Part shown: one piece after another, positions 1 to 9,969 of the stretch | Numbering within the stretch: the stretch's first letter is position 1 | Layout of the letters: every line of letters begins with the position of its first letter | Origin: Candidatus Lokiarchaeum ossiferum | GTDB lineage: Archaea > Asgardarchaeota > Lokiarchaeia > Sigyniarchaeales > Promethearchaeaceae | Reading direction: 5' to 3' | Assembly (NCBI GenBank): GCA_025839675.1 | Contig: CP104013.1 | Location: 3,233,121-3,297,120, forward strand | DNA length: 64,000 nt | Position numbers and translations under genes: made by a program | The notes under the pieces: model-generated | Databases searched by the model: none | Told to the model about the DNA's origin: nothing | Seen by the model: only the letters and a program-made list of their open reading frames with translations

Positions 1-1387
1 TTTTACACGTATAATAAGATAATCCTGGAACTTTGATACCATCTTGCTTACAGCAAGGGCAATTTAAGGTTTCAGGAGAAACATTATAAAAAACCATCAA
101 GCTAGGATACATTGACGTGAAATCGAGTTCAGCAACCCGATCAAACATCCCAACTTGAGGGTTTAAAATGTGTCCCCCTCGATCTGAAAGCAAAAGATTC
201 CATCCATTTCGGAAGATTTCTGCATTCTTTTTTTCCTCTGGAATTAAAATTCCTTGCTTAAAAGCGTGATAAAACTGAATTGACTGAAGAGCTCCCCCAA
301 TAGTTATACGTGTAAGTCTCTGGAGAGTGATATATGAAATACGCGCGATCTCAACGATTCCATTAATATTTCCATCATCGAAATGCAAAGATCCCATGAT
401 GCTAGAATTAATGTGAAGCCTTCCATTCAAATAGAACTGATTTTTGCTTCGATGGATGATTTGTCCGTAAGAAAAATAGCTATCAGCACCATTCATCCTG
501 AACCGGGTTGATTTTAAAGGAGTCGAATCCCGAGAAAGTGTGAATGAATTGATAAGATCCAAAAAAGAACAACGAGATAACAAGTAAGGAAAAATAGTTT
601 CATCACCCTTATGTGTAAAAATGACATCTGGATCGATACGCTTTATTGCAACTTGCAAGAATTCAAGAGTTTCATATTCTGAAGATTCTTGAATAATTAT
701 TTGTTGAGCACCATGTTCATCCTGGAAAATCATATCACGCGAAAATCTTAGAGAAAGATCGATAGGTGAACTATCGGGATCTAATGTTAATTTTATACTA
801 TGGAGAGAATCAGAAGTGCTAGTCACAAAATTATGTGATTTCGATTGAATTTCCATCCAAATAATTCGTAATGGAGGAAGATCATAGTCAATAGCTTCAT
901 TTGAATCAGCTAATTGTATAGAAGAAATAAACAATTGTGAGTTTTTTTTCTTGAAACCAACCCTGACTTTTCCAAATGGAAACAAATCTGTTGAATAAAA
1001 GAAGATCTGTACAAGAGGCAAATCTACATTGAACAGTTCAAAAATGTTCAACCTTCGAATCGTTTCTACTGTTTTTTTAAACTTAAAAGGAGATTGAACA
1101 ACTATTTTTAGACAAGGGGAGGGAATAATTGCTTCAGCTCTAATTCTGCGATCACATATATTAACTTCACAAATATCAGGATGTGATCTGATCTGAGCTA
1201 TTTTTTCTTGATATTTTTGTTCAGAAGATGGAGAAATACTAAAAGGAAAAGAAGCATAGAAAAAAGGATGAAAGGAACGAATTCCTGCAATTACATCACC
1301 TGAAGGAAGTTTAAGCCAAATCTTAATTCCTTCTTTGTGGATTTGGGCATCCAAAATCCATGCATCATATAATTTTGAAGATTTCAT
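1..1387 (-). CDS. polB: Family-B DNA polymerase, N-terminal about 460 aa. The gene runs off the window start; its C-terminus is outside.
   Basis: Hand translation of the minus strand from the ATG at 1387..1385 gives MKSSKLYDAWILD... and ends ...SDRGGHILNPQVGMFDRVAELDFTSMYPSLMVFYNVSPETLNC. This matches the archaeal/eukaryotic B-family motif A (DFxSLYPSII...NVSPDTL). An exonuclease-domain-like region lies upstream (DPDVIFTHKGDETIFPYL versus DPDIIVTYNGDSFDFPYL in Pfu-type enzymes). The ORF is absent from the supplied track because no stop falls inside the window. Confidence 0.7.
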   Translation of the reverse strand, partial: MKSSKLYDAWILDAQIHKEGIKIWLKLPSGDVIAGIRSFHPFFYASFPFSISPSSEQKYQEKIAQIRSHPDICEVNICDRRIRAEAIIPSPCLKIVVQSPFKFKKTVETIRRLNIFELFNVDLPLVQIFFYSTDLFPFGKVRVGFKKKNSQLFISSIQLADSNEAIDYDLPPLRIIWMEIQSKSHNFVTSTSDSLHSIKLTLDPDSSPIDLSLRFSRDMIFQDEHGAQQIIIQESSEYETLEFLQVAIKRIDPDVIFTHKGDETIFPYLLSRCSFLDLINSFTLSRDSTPLKSTRFRMNGADSYFSYGQIIHRSKNQFYLNGRLHINSSIMGSLHFDDGNINGIVEIARISYITLQRLTRITIGGALQSIQFYHAFKQGILIPEEKKNAEIFRNGWNLLLSDRGGHILNPQVGMFDRVAELDFTSMYPSLMVFYNVSPETLNCPCCKQDGIKVPGLSYYTCK

Positions 1388-1458
1388 AATGTCACTTCAT
1401 CTCAAATCATTTTACTTCTTCAAGTAAACAGTAACTTTCTAGTTTTGTTTTTCTTGCT

Positions 1459-2283
1459 TTATCGCATCAATTTTTTTGTAAAAAATGAATCCAAAGTAGT
1501 TGTTTGAGATTTAACACCACCCCGTGATGAATTTAACCTCCCCTTTTTTATTTCAGCAGGTTTCCAAGATCTTTGCACATTATATGAATAAAAAGGATGT
1601 TGATCTAAAGAATATTCAATAAAACGTGGAAATTCTCGAACTCCAATTATAATATTGCTGAAATGTGAAAGTAATTTTCCTCCAGCAGGCCGATAATTTG
1701 ACTTAGAATGACGAGGTCCTGTTAAAACGATGATTGGATTAGAATGCTGGGTAATACGTTTCAATCCCAAAAAAATCCGATTTAAATCGTTATATGTTTT
1801 GATATTCAACAAATTTATCTGTGAGGATGAAACATTTTGAGAGAGATTTTCTTCGAACATCGATGTTAATCCAGCAACTAAGATTAAATCAATCTTTTCG
1901 TCAGTCTGAAGTATCAACTTCTCCTCCATCAATTCAACCATTTGATTCCAAGTAAAAGCCCGAGCAACGAGGATTTGCTGGAGAACAAATTCAGGATTAA
2001 GACCATTTGATATGGCCATCTTTGAAATCCAATATGGATTGAAACGGTTTTCTCCATCAACATATAATACACGATTCGAAGCTAATCCACCATCAACAGA
2101 AGATTTGAATGAATTCACAGCCGTTTTCATCAATATTACAGAAAGGTGTTGTTTGGCCCCATGTAGAAAATGAACCAGCCCTGGAAGAAATCCTCCTCCT
2201 AACAGTTTATTCAAAAAAATATCACCGCTGGACAATGAATGTTGTTTATTAATTTGGCTTAAATATTCAGATGCAGAAATCAT
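1459..2283 (-). CDS. RecA/RadA-fold paralog (RadB/KaiC-like) with a degenerate Walker A
   Basis: LNKLLGGGFLPGLVHFLHG resembles the RadA/RadB LLGGG...G P-loop lead-in, but the GKT is replaced (HGAKQHLS). Size is 274 aa, adjacent to polB. Confidence 0.3.
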   Translation of the reverse strand: MISASEYLSQINKQHSLSSGDIFLNKLLGGGFLPGLVHFLHGAKQHLSVILMKTAVNSFKSSVDGGLASNRVLYVDGENRFNPYWISKMAISNGLNPEFVLQQILVARAFTWNQMVELMEEKLILQTDEKIDLILVAGLTSMFEENLSQNVSSSQINLLNIKTYNDLNRIFLGLKRITQHSNPIIVLTGPRHSKSNYRPAGGKLLSHFSNIIIGVREFPRFIEYSLDQHPFYSYNVQRSWKPAEIKKGRLNSSRGGVKSQTTTLDSFFTKKLMR

Positions 2284-2643
2284 ATTGAGGAAACACTATC
2301 CAACTATAATCTATGTTATATCATCAAGAAGGGTCTGTGAAATATTAAATATGGTGAGCCGACAGAATTTTTTATTTACTTAAAATCCGTCAATTTCTCC
2401 CCATCAATTTGAAATAGCCTAAAAAACAAATTATTTAGCTACAAACATTCATAGGGGTTCGTTAAATGCAAGAGAGAGATAACAATGGAAGTAGAAAAAA
2501 ATATATGCGATTTCAAAAGAATAAATGTCCGACAAAAAATAGACAAGCCATTTGAGAATTAAAAATTCAATATATTCCAAATAGATTAACAAAAAATTAT
2601 TGTCCATTTTTTTTTTTCCATCAAGTGTTCACAAATCTAAATT

Positions 2644-4116
2644 TTGAAATCCGAAAGTGCATTGTTCATTCATATGAAATCAAATTTTGCGTTTATTGGT
2701 TTTATGGGGACAGGAAAATCGACCGTAGCAAAATTATTCTCTCAACAATTTAACCTAAAATTTGTGGAAATTGATGCAGTGATTGAAAAAAAGGCAAAAA
2801 GAACAATTCCTGAAATTTTTCATGAAGGAGAAGAGATATTTCGGAAATATGAATCAGAAGTTATTATTGAAAGCACAAGTTTAAGCAATACTTGTATATC
2901 TTGCGGCGGTGGAGCCATATTAGATAAAATCAATAGAGAGTATTTATCAAAATCATCCATAATCATATTGTTAGAAGCGACACCCTCCACAATTTTTCAA
3001 CGAATAAAAGAAGAAGGGATTAAAAAGAGACCCCTTCTTAATAAAGAAGATCCGATTAAAGAAATTACAAATTTACTCATTTCACGACAAGAATTATATC
3101 ATGAAGTGGCAGATATAATAATTAGTACAGATGACAAGACTTTAGAACAAATTATCAATGAAATTGTCGAAAATCTTGAAAAAAATGATGATGAAAACTT
3201 GGTTGATGTGGATTTGGAAGTAGCATTTAATCAAATTAAAGAAGAAATCTCTCAAAAAAAAGAGACTAATAAAAAAACGATCAATTATTATTGCAAAATC
3301 TGTGGAAAAAAGCAGGAAATGAAGAAAACTAAATTTTGTAAGGTTTGCAAAATTCCTGTATGCAAAAAATGTCGGAATGGTCAATTTTGTATTAATTGTT
3401 GGGTAAATTTCAAAGAAGATCCTCGAAAAACAATCAAATTAACTCAAACTTTGGCATTATTTATTCCCTTTATTACTGTTTTTATTTTGTTAAGTGATGT
3501 AATTCGATATTTTATTACAAATATAGTAATTATTTCTATTTTACTCCTGATTTCCTTTGTTGCAAGGTTTCAGATAATTAAAAATCCAACAAAGTTCATT
3601 GAACTGAGCTGGTGGCAAAATACTCAAACTGAAAAATATCAAGAAATTTTGAATCCTTTGACACCTGAACGTTATATAAATAAAGAATTGATCCAAAATT
3701 ATCAAGATCAAAAACAAAAAAAAATCAAGAAACTAAAAAATTGGATTGAAATGGGTGATCAATTAGCAAATATTCCAATCCCAGCCCATTATGAAGATAA
3801 AAAACTGCATAAGGGAGATATTTCAGAATATTCAGAAGCTGAATTAGTTTCGACAATTGAAAATCTTGACAAAAATGCAGATAGAAAGAAATGGGAATAT
3901 TTGTTAATTGACAAACCTTGTCCAAAGTGCCAATCTATTATTAAATTTGCAGATTTTTGTATTGAGTGTAATGAGAGATATTGCCCTAAATGTGGAGAAA
4001 ATTCCGATTCGTATTCTTTGAAATGTATTTGTGGATATAATTTCGAACCACTCCCTAGCGAGTTCATGAAATGGACTAATACAAATGAAGTTTTATTCCA
4101 AAAAAAAAAAGATTGA
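2644..4116 (+). CDS. P-loop shikimate-kinase/NMP-kinase-like domain fused to multiple zinc ribbons and a two-helix membrane segment
   Basis: N-terminus FIGFMGTGKSTVAK...EIDAVIE...CGGGAIL is AroK-like. The middle has CKICGKK..CKVCKIPVCKKCRNGQFCINC. Hydrophobic helices follow (LALFIPFITVFILL..IVIISILLLISFVA). The C-terminus has CPKCQ..CIECNERYCPKCG. Confidence 0.45.
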   Translation: MKSESALFIHMKSNFAFIGFMGTGKSTVAKLFSQQFNLKFVEIDAVIEKKAKRTIPEIFHEGEEIFRKYESEVIIESTSLSNTCISCGGGAILDKINREYLSKSSIIILLEATPSTIFQRIKEEGIKKRPLLNKEDPIKEITNLLISRQELYHEVADIIISTDDKTLEQIINEIVENLEKNDDENLVDVDLEVAFNQIKEEISQKKETNKKTINYYCKICGKKQEMKKTKFCKVCKIPVCKKCRNGQFCINCWVNFKEDPRKTIKLTQTLALFIPFITVFILLSDVIRYFITNIVIISILLLISFVARFQIIKNPTKFIELSWWQNTQTEKYQEILNPLTPERYINKELIQNYQDQKQKKIKKLKNWIEMGDQLANIPIPAHYEDKKLHKGDISEYSEAELVSTIENLDKNADRKKWEYLLIDKPCPKCQSIIKFADFCIECNERYCPKCGENSDSYSLKCICGYNFEPLPSEFMKWTNTNEVLFQKKKD

Positions 4117-4214
4117 TATGATAATAATAAAAAATGGAATATTAGAGAATTTGAATTATAAAATTTCAGTTGAGGAAAAAATTAAAACCTCAAAAAAACC
4201 TATGTAATTAATGG

Positions 4215-4640
4215 GTGAAGAATTTGTCAGAAATACAACTTGATAAAGATTTGCAAATAGATTTACATCGAATGTTGGAGTTACTTGAAAGTTCGACGGA
4301 TTTAGAGGGAACGGCTTTAGTAACAAAAACAGGCCTTAGAATAGCGAGTTCTACTCACGCTTCTACAGATGTTGATCAACACAGTGCAAGTCCAGCAACT
4401 TTAGTCTCTTTGGCAAATAAAGTATCTCAAGGATTGGATTTTGGAAATTTAAAACAGTTAGTAGTAACGGGCGAAAATGGCTACACAATAATTACAACTA
4501 CTGAAGAAAGCAAATTTATGTTACTTTCCCATAGCAAACGCGCATCTACATTGGGATATTACTTTCATCGCTTGTCAAAAGCTTTTGGAAAATTAGTTGC
4601 CCTCTTGGTTGATATCCAAATCGGGGAAGCGACTTATTAA
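4215..4640 (+). CDS. Roadblock/LC7 (MglB-like) domain protein
   Basis: 141 aa. The GTALVTKTGLRIAS...GENGYTIITTTEESKFMLL pattern is typical of Roadblock/LC7 alpha-beta proteins. Confidence 0.4.
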   Translation: MKNLSEIQLDKDLQIDLHRMLELLESSTDLEGTALVTKTGLRIASSTHASTDVDQHSASPATLVSLANKVSQGLDFGNLKQLVVTGENGYTIITTTEESKFMLLSHSKRASTLGYYFHRLSKAFGKLVALLVDIQIGEATY

Positions 4641-4660
4641 AGATGCTCAAAAAACTCTTA

Positions 4661-6127
4661 TTATTGAGGAATTATTTTTTCGTAGGATTTTGAATAATCC
4701 AGTTTGATATCTTTAAATAATTGTAATTCTACTTCATTTTGACCGGATGAAAGCAAATTTAGTTGAGTTTTATTTACTCTAACTTCAACATTACCTTTTT
4801 GACCAAATGAAGAGACAATTTTATCATATGGAGGTTCAGCATTCAAATTGAGAATGCTTTGAGCACCTTTCAAAGATGCAGCTAATCCTTCAACGATTAC
4901 TGTATTTGGAGAGTAATTTAGTTTAGTTACAATTCCATGCTTCATTTTAATCTTATTCAATAGAGGGGGATTAAAATGCACTTTTTTGATTTTTGCTGAT
5001 CCCATAATTCTCAGAGCTTTAGGTGATAAATCTAATCTACTCAGAAGAAAAACATCAGAGTCTCGAATATATTCTTCAGTAGCCAACCATAAAATGGCAC
5101 GATACTTCTTTTTTGATCGCGGAGGGTGGAAAGCCACGGGATAGCGTTGTCCTGATTTTTGAAGTGTATAAAAAGGAAAAATTCGAGCATTCAATGCCAT
5201 CATGCCATGATTTACATTTATGGATTGACCAAATTTGCACCCCAATTGAAATAATGCTAATTCTTCAACTTGAATCTCAAAAATTTGAGCTTTCTTATAT
5301 TTATCACCTTCATTTGTAGCAAAACATCCTCGATATATTCGATTTGAATCAATTTGAGTAACAGCAATTCCACATCGATCTCCCGCAACAACAAATTGGG
5401 CATTTTCTTTCCATTTTTGAATGGATTTGATGCGTGTAGATATTTTTGGAGGTAAAATTAGTAATTCATCACCAATCTTAACTTGACCACTAATTGCAGT
5501 TCCAGTTAAAATGGTTCCGAATCCTTTTTTGTTAAAATGATGATCAAATAGAAAATGCAGAGGAGTTTCCGAAACACGCTTAATTTTCATGCTTTTAATT
5601 GTTGTTAATAAATAATCTTTAACTACACCAAATCCCCTATTTTGTTTGGCCGAAACATTAAATGTCTTATATTGTGTTTTATATCGAGTTGCTTGCATAA
5701 TTTGCTTCATTTGACCTTCCAAGATAGAAATCTGCTCAGGATTAACCATTTCAATTTTATTAAATAGAACGACAACTTCCTTAATTTCGAGAATATCCAA
5801 AATTAATAAATGTTCACCAGTTTGAACTTGAGGTCCTTGAACTGCATCCACGACAAGAATTGCAAGATCAATGATATTTGCACAACTAACTACACTACGA
5901 ATTAAATCTGCATGACCTGGAGCATCCACCAAAGTAATCATATACTCATCAAGAGGAAAAAAAGTGAAACCCAAATCAATGGTGATTCCGCGTTTTTTAG
6001 ATTGAGGATGTTTATCCAAACCCGCGGTTGAGACAACTTCACTTAAGCATCTGGCGATCGCAGTTTTTCCGGCATCTATATGTCCTAGAAGACCGATGTG
6101 TATAGGAGTGTACTCATTTCTTGTCAT
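4661..6127 (-). CDS. selB: Selenocysteine-specific translation elongation factor SelB-like GTPase
   Basis: HIGLLGHIDAGKTAIA (G1), STAGLDKHPQSKKRGITIDLGF, DAPGHADLIRSVVS (G3) and LFNKIEM (NKxD-like). The 488-aa size and the motif block right after G1 match archaeal SelB rather than EF1A or aIF2-gamma (no zinc ribbon). Confidence 0.55.
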   Translation of the reverse strand: MTRNEYTPIHIGLLGHIDAGKTAIARCLSEVVSTAGLDKHPQSKKRGITIDLGFTFFPLDEYMITLVDAPGHADLIRSVVSCANIIDLAILVVDAVQGPQVQTGEHLLILDILEIKEVVVLFNKIEMVNPEQISILEGQMKQIMQATRYKTQYKTFNVSAKQNRGFGVVKDYLLTTIKSMKIKRVSETPLHFLFDHHFNKKGFGTILTGTAISGQVKIGDELLILPPKISTRIKSIQKWKENAQFVVAGDRCGIAVTQIDSNRIYRGCFATNEGDKYKKAQIFEIQVEELALFQLGCKFGQSINVNHGMMALNARIFPFYTLQKSGQRYPVAFHPPRSKKKYRAILWLATEEYIRDSDVFLLSRLDLSPKALRIMGSAKIKKVHFNPPLLNKIKMKHGIVTKLNYSPNTVIVEGLAASLKGAQSILNLNAEPPYDKIVSSFGQKGNVEVRVNKTQLNLLSSGQNEVELQLFKDIKLDYSKSYEKIIPQ

Positions 6128-6235
6128 ACAAAAAACCCAAGTTTACTAATCATTGGCTCCTAAAAATATTTTAAATCAATTCCCCTAATTAAGCATATAG
6201 CAATTTAGTATCGAAAAAAAAAACAGTGAAATCTA

Positions 6236-7198
6236 ATGGCAAAATTTAAAGAAGTCCAATGTAACTTTTGTGGTCGAATGATAAGAGATTCGGACAAATT
6301 CTGCATTTTTTGTGGATCAAAAGTAGGTCAGACACCCCAAAAACCATCAATATCAAAAGAAGAGAGAGACGAAATTGATAAGGAGCTAGGAACTGGAATG
6401 ATCCAAGGATTGGACAAGAATGATGGAGACTCTAATCATGAAAATGCACCCTTCTTAGTTACTGAAGGTTCTCAAGATCAATTGGATGATAGAATTCTTT
6501 CAGCGGATGAAATTGATGAGAAAAAGAAGACAAAGAAAAAAGATAAGGAGGAAGTTAGTTCTACGGTTGATCTTCCTGAAGAAATTCGAGATCAGCTCAA
6601 AACAAAAATGAAACTTGCAATTGTCGAAAATAAGAAAAAATTGCTTAAGAAAAAGTTAAAAAATCTCACCGATGGATTGGATTCAGAGCGTTATGAATAT
6701 GATATCGAATATGCTCAAGGTATGAATGCAAAATTAAATGCATTTAAAAGTGTAAAAGAAGAGTTAAAACAAGAAGAAGATGATTTACGTGATGAATTAG
6801 GACCATCTGGCCAATTTAGAGTTGATGAATTGGATTCAGAGATGGATGTGTTAAGAGGACAATTGGTTGAGTTAAAAAGATCATTCAAACATCACAAAAT
6901 TAAACGTGATATTTATGAACAATTGAAAATGGAATATTCTACCGCCTTTAGAAAATATGAAGATGAAGTCCAAGGGTTGCGAGTTAATATTATTCGATGG
7001 CTCTCCCAAGAAAAAACAGAAAAAAACAAACTAGAAGGCCGTATCAGATTACTCCAGGCACGATTTAAAACCCATGAAATTGATCAGGACGATTTTGATT
7101 CACAAAAATCCGATTTATCCAAGGAAATTGAACAAATCACTCAGAAAATTAAGATTCTTGAACTTTATTCTAGACCCAAAAGATCAAAATGGTTTTAA
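6236..7198 (+). CDS. Zinc-ribbon plus coiled-coil protein
   Basis: N-terminal CNFCGRMIRDSDKFCIFCG, followed by a long charged heptad-like region. Confidence 0.4.
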   Translation: MAKFKEVQCNFCGRMIRDSDKFCIFCGSKVGQTPQKPSISKEERDEIDKELGTGMIQGLDKNDGDSNHENAPFLVTEGSQDQLDDRILSADEIDEKKKTKKKDKEEVSSTVDLPEEIRDQLKTKMKLAIVENKKKLLKKKLKNLTDGLDSERYEYDIEYAQGMNAKLNAFKSVKEELKQEEDDLRDELGPSGQFRVDELDSEMDVLRGQLVELKRSFKHHKIKRDIYEQLKMEYSTAFRKYEDEVQGLRVNIIRWLSQEKTEKNKLEGRIRLLQARFKTHEIDQDDFDSQKSDLSKEIEQITQKIKILELYSRPKRSKWF

Positions 7199-7447
7199 CA
7201 AAAAAATTGAAATCAAGGGATCGTCACGAAATTTTTTAAAATTTTTTTTGCTTATCAAACTTGTTATGCGCAAAGTAATGATCTCAATTATAGCTTTATT
7301 GGCAGTTTTGACCCTTGTTGCTGTAGGTTTAAATTTAAATCAACATGAATCGATCTCATCTTTCTTTTCACAAATGTCTTATTCATCATAATCGAACTAT
7401 TTGAGATTTAAGGATTTTTAAAAACTGTATAAAAAAAGATTTTTTAT

Positions 7448-7774
7448 TTATTCTAAGAAATTATGTGATTTTTCTCGTTTGGGTGCACTTTTATTTCCGA
7501 AATCTCGAAACTTCGTGTATTTTTCATCTTTATTTTTCAATTTCTTATATTCTTTATAATGTTTTTTACACAAAGCTGCACGTTTTGACTTTTTTTTATC
7601 AATGTCTAAGGTCCATTTTAGTTTTGTCATATAACCATCTAGATTAGATGCTGCTAAATGATGGGACCCTTCTAGTGAACATCCACTAACTGAACACGAA
7701 TCGTTAGTTTTTTTTATTCCCATGTCTCTCGATTGAGTAATTTTTTTTCGATGTTTAGGATTCGAACTTGGCAT
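7448..7774 (-). CDS. Small basic Cys/His-containing protein (putative zinc-binding)
   Basis: 108 aa, K/R-rich, with CSVSGC...H and CKKH motifs. Confidence 0.25.
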   Translation of the reverse strand: MPSSNPKHRKKITQSRDMGIKKTNDSCSVSGCSLEGSHHLAASNLDGYMTKLKWTLDIDKKKSKRAALCKKHYKEYKKLKNKDEKYTKFRDFGNKSAPKREKSHNFLE

Positions 7775-8541
7775 TTATAATCAATTACAATAAATCAAAT
7801 AAGGTAAAATATTTTTTGTTGCTATATATGAAAGAAAGAAAAAATGTTCTAAATAAAAAAGTAATTATTAAAAAAATAACTCAGAATTTGAAAATTGATC
7901 CCCCTGATGAATTTGAAAGTCCTTATCTTAAAAAATCCGCCATTCTAATTTTATTGGTTGAGAAAGATTCTCAGCTTAAGATAATCATGACTTCACGATC
8001 ATCCAAATTAAACAATCATACGGGTGAAATGAGTTTTCCAGGTGGAAAATTTGATGTTTATCTTGATTACGACTTGAAGCATACTGCAATACGTGAAACT
8101 GTCGAGGAAATTGGAATAGAAAAAAATAAAATTTCTATTTTGGGAAGGTTAAACGATCTACCTACAATAACAGGATATTTAATAAGACCCTTTATTGGAA
8201 TATTGGACTGGAATGATTCAGATAATTTCGCGATTAATCATCAAGAAGTGGCCCATTTGGTAGAAATTCCATTAAACTATCTGTTAAGAAAAAACTTATT
8301 CACTGAAACTCCAATGAAAATTTTTGAAGGGACAACAATTCCATTATTAAGCTTCGATTTTAAAGATCCTAATATTAACAAAATATTCCATATTTGGGGT
8401 GCTTCAGCTCACATACTTGCAGAATTCTTAAAAAAAATTTTTGAAATTGATAATATTAGCAATAAGTATAAACGCCCAAACATTTCTGAAATAAATGACT
8501 ATTTTAAAAAAAAATTAAAGGGTAAAAACTTGCCCCATTAA
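7768..8541 (+). CDS. Nudix hydrolase (CoA-pyrophosphatase-like Nudix box)
   Basis: FPGGKFDVYLDYDLKHTAIRETVEEIGI fits the Nudix box Gx5Ex7REuxEExGu in its NudL/CoAse-like variant. Confidence 0.5.
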   Translation: MAFIINYNKSNKVKYFLLLYMKERKNVLNKKVIIKKITQNLKIDPPDEFESPYLKKSAILILLVEKDSQLKIIMTSRSSKLNNHTGEMSFPGGKFDVYLDYDLKHTAIRETVEEIGIEKNKISILGRLNDLPTITGYLIRPFIGILDWNDSDNFAINHQEVAHLVEIPLNYLLRKNLFTETPMKIFEGTTIPLLSFDFKDPNINKIFHIWGASAHILAEFLKKIFEIDNISNKYKRPNISEINDYFKKKLKGKNLPH

Positions 8542-9807
8542 TGGAGTCTCAGTAGTGTAACCTAACTCTTGAATTTCTTTGGCAAAAGCCAATAGAACCT
8601 CGGATTCTCCATGAACACAAAATACTTTTTTCTCACCAGTAAATTTCAACTGATTTAAATAGGCTATCAAATCTGATTTTCCAGAATGAGAACTAAAATC
8701 AAAATGATTCACTTTGGCTTGCACATCTATTGCATCTTCGGGTGAATTTTTGATAAATTTACCATGATCTAATAGATATCTTCCAGGAGTATCTTCAGCT
8801 TGATATGATACAAGATTGAAAGAATTTTTTGGATCCTCGATAATATTTTCCGCATAATAACGGGCAGTTCCACCTTTTAACATTCCGGAAGGAGCTACAA
8901 TCACACCAGGAGAAGTTGCTGCTTTTTTCCTTTCAAAATCTCTTCTTCGTTGATTAATCATATGAGATGCTCGAATAGCTTGATCTAAAGCAGTTCCATC
9001 ACGGAACATTTTTTGATGACGCTGATAAATCGTGGCGATTTTTCTTGCCATTCCATCAACAGTGACATGGAATGAAGAAGAACCATCTCTATTTAACACC
9101 ATTAACATTTCTTGAGATCTAGATACCCCAAAAGCTGGAACAAGAGCAATACCTTTAATTTCCATCACCCGATGAATTTCTTCCATAAATTTATCTTCAA
9201 TTTCAGCTCTGGAAGAATGATCCGTAGTTCCATAAGTCGTTTCAGTAATAATTGCATCAAGAGGTGGAATTTCTTCGGGATTCGCTGGATTCAATAATTG
9301 AGTTTTTATTGTGTTAATATCTCCAGTATACAAGATTTTCTTTCCATCCATCTCTATCAAAATCAAAGCACTTCCAGGAATATGACCAGCATTAAAAAGA
9401 GTGATAAATGACTTCTTCCCAACTCGACGACGTTTTCCATAATCCAAATAATTTACATATTTGCGCATTTTATACAATTCATTTCTTCCGAAAGGAAGAT
9501 AATCTTGACTGATTTTAAACATATCTTGCAAGAGAATTTCCGATACTTGATAAGTTAGCTCGGTGCAAAATAGAGGAACTGAGCCAGAAATATAAAATAG
9601 TGGAATACCACCACAATGATCTATGTGAGAATGCGTTAATACAATTGCAGACAAATCTTTTCCACTTACATGTTCGGGGAAAAGTTGAGTATAATCAGTT
9701 TTGGTCCCATAATCACAGAGAATAGAATCGCCGGTTTCTTCAGATTCAATTAAGACACCACTCCGCCCGACTTCTTGACAAGCCCCTAAAAATCTTATTT
9801 TTACCAT
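8515..9807 (-). CDS. Beta-CASP metallo-beta-lactamase-fold ribonuclease (aCPSF2/RNase J-like)
   Basis: VLTHSHIDHCGG is the HxHxDH motif. The C-terminal beta-CASP-like region contains FSSHSG. Size is 430 aa. Confidence 0.65.
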   Translation of the reverse strand: MVKIRFLGACQEVGRSGVLIESEETGDSILCDYGTKTDYTQLFPEHVSGKDLSAIVLTHSHIDHCGGIPLFYISGSVPLFCTELTYQVSEILLQDMFKISQDYLPFGRNELYKMRKYVNYLDYGKRRRVGKKSFITLFNAGHIPGSALILIEMDGKKILYTGDINTIKTQLLNPANPEEIPPLDAIITETTYGTTDHSSRAEIEDKFMEEIHRVMEIKGIALVPAFGVSRSQEMLMVLNRDGSSSFHVTVDGMARKIATIYQRHQKMFRDGTALDQAIRASHMINQRRRDFERKKAATSPGVIVAPSGMLKGGTARYYAENIIEDPKNSFNLVSYQAEDTPGRYLLDHGKFIKNSPEDAIDVQAKVNHFDFSSHSGKSDLIAYLNQLKFTGEKKVFCVHGESEVLLAFAKEIQELGYTTETPLMGQVFTL

Positions 9808-9969
9808 TTATTGTTCGACCAGATTTATATATACAATAAATCAATCTCACAAAATTTAAGATTTTTTTGAATTATTGAAGTATACAAAATTTTTTTTGGG
9901 AACAAAAGTAAAAATAAAACGTTGTTGAAATAAATTCAAACATTTAGCTTTAGTGGGAAAGAATGAAAT

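Noticed and set aside
7074-7391. ORF 7074..7391 (105 aa)
   Set aside because: Overlaps the 3' end of 6236..7198 in another frame and is low-complexity. Likely spurious, although the last 41 codons (MRKVMISIIALLAVLTLVAVGL...) could be a small membrane peptide.
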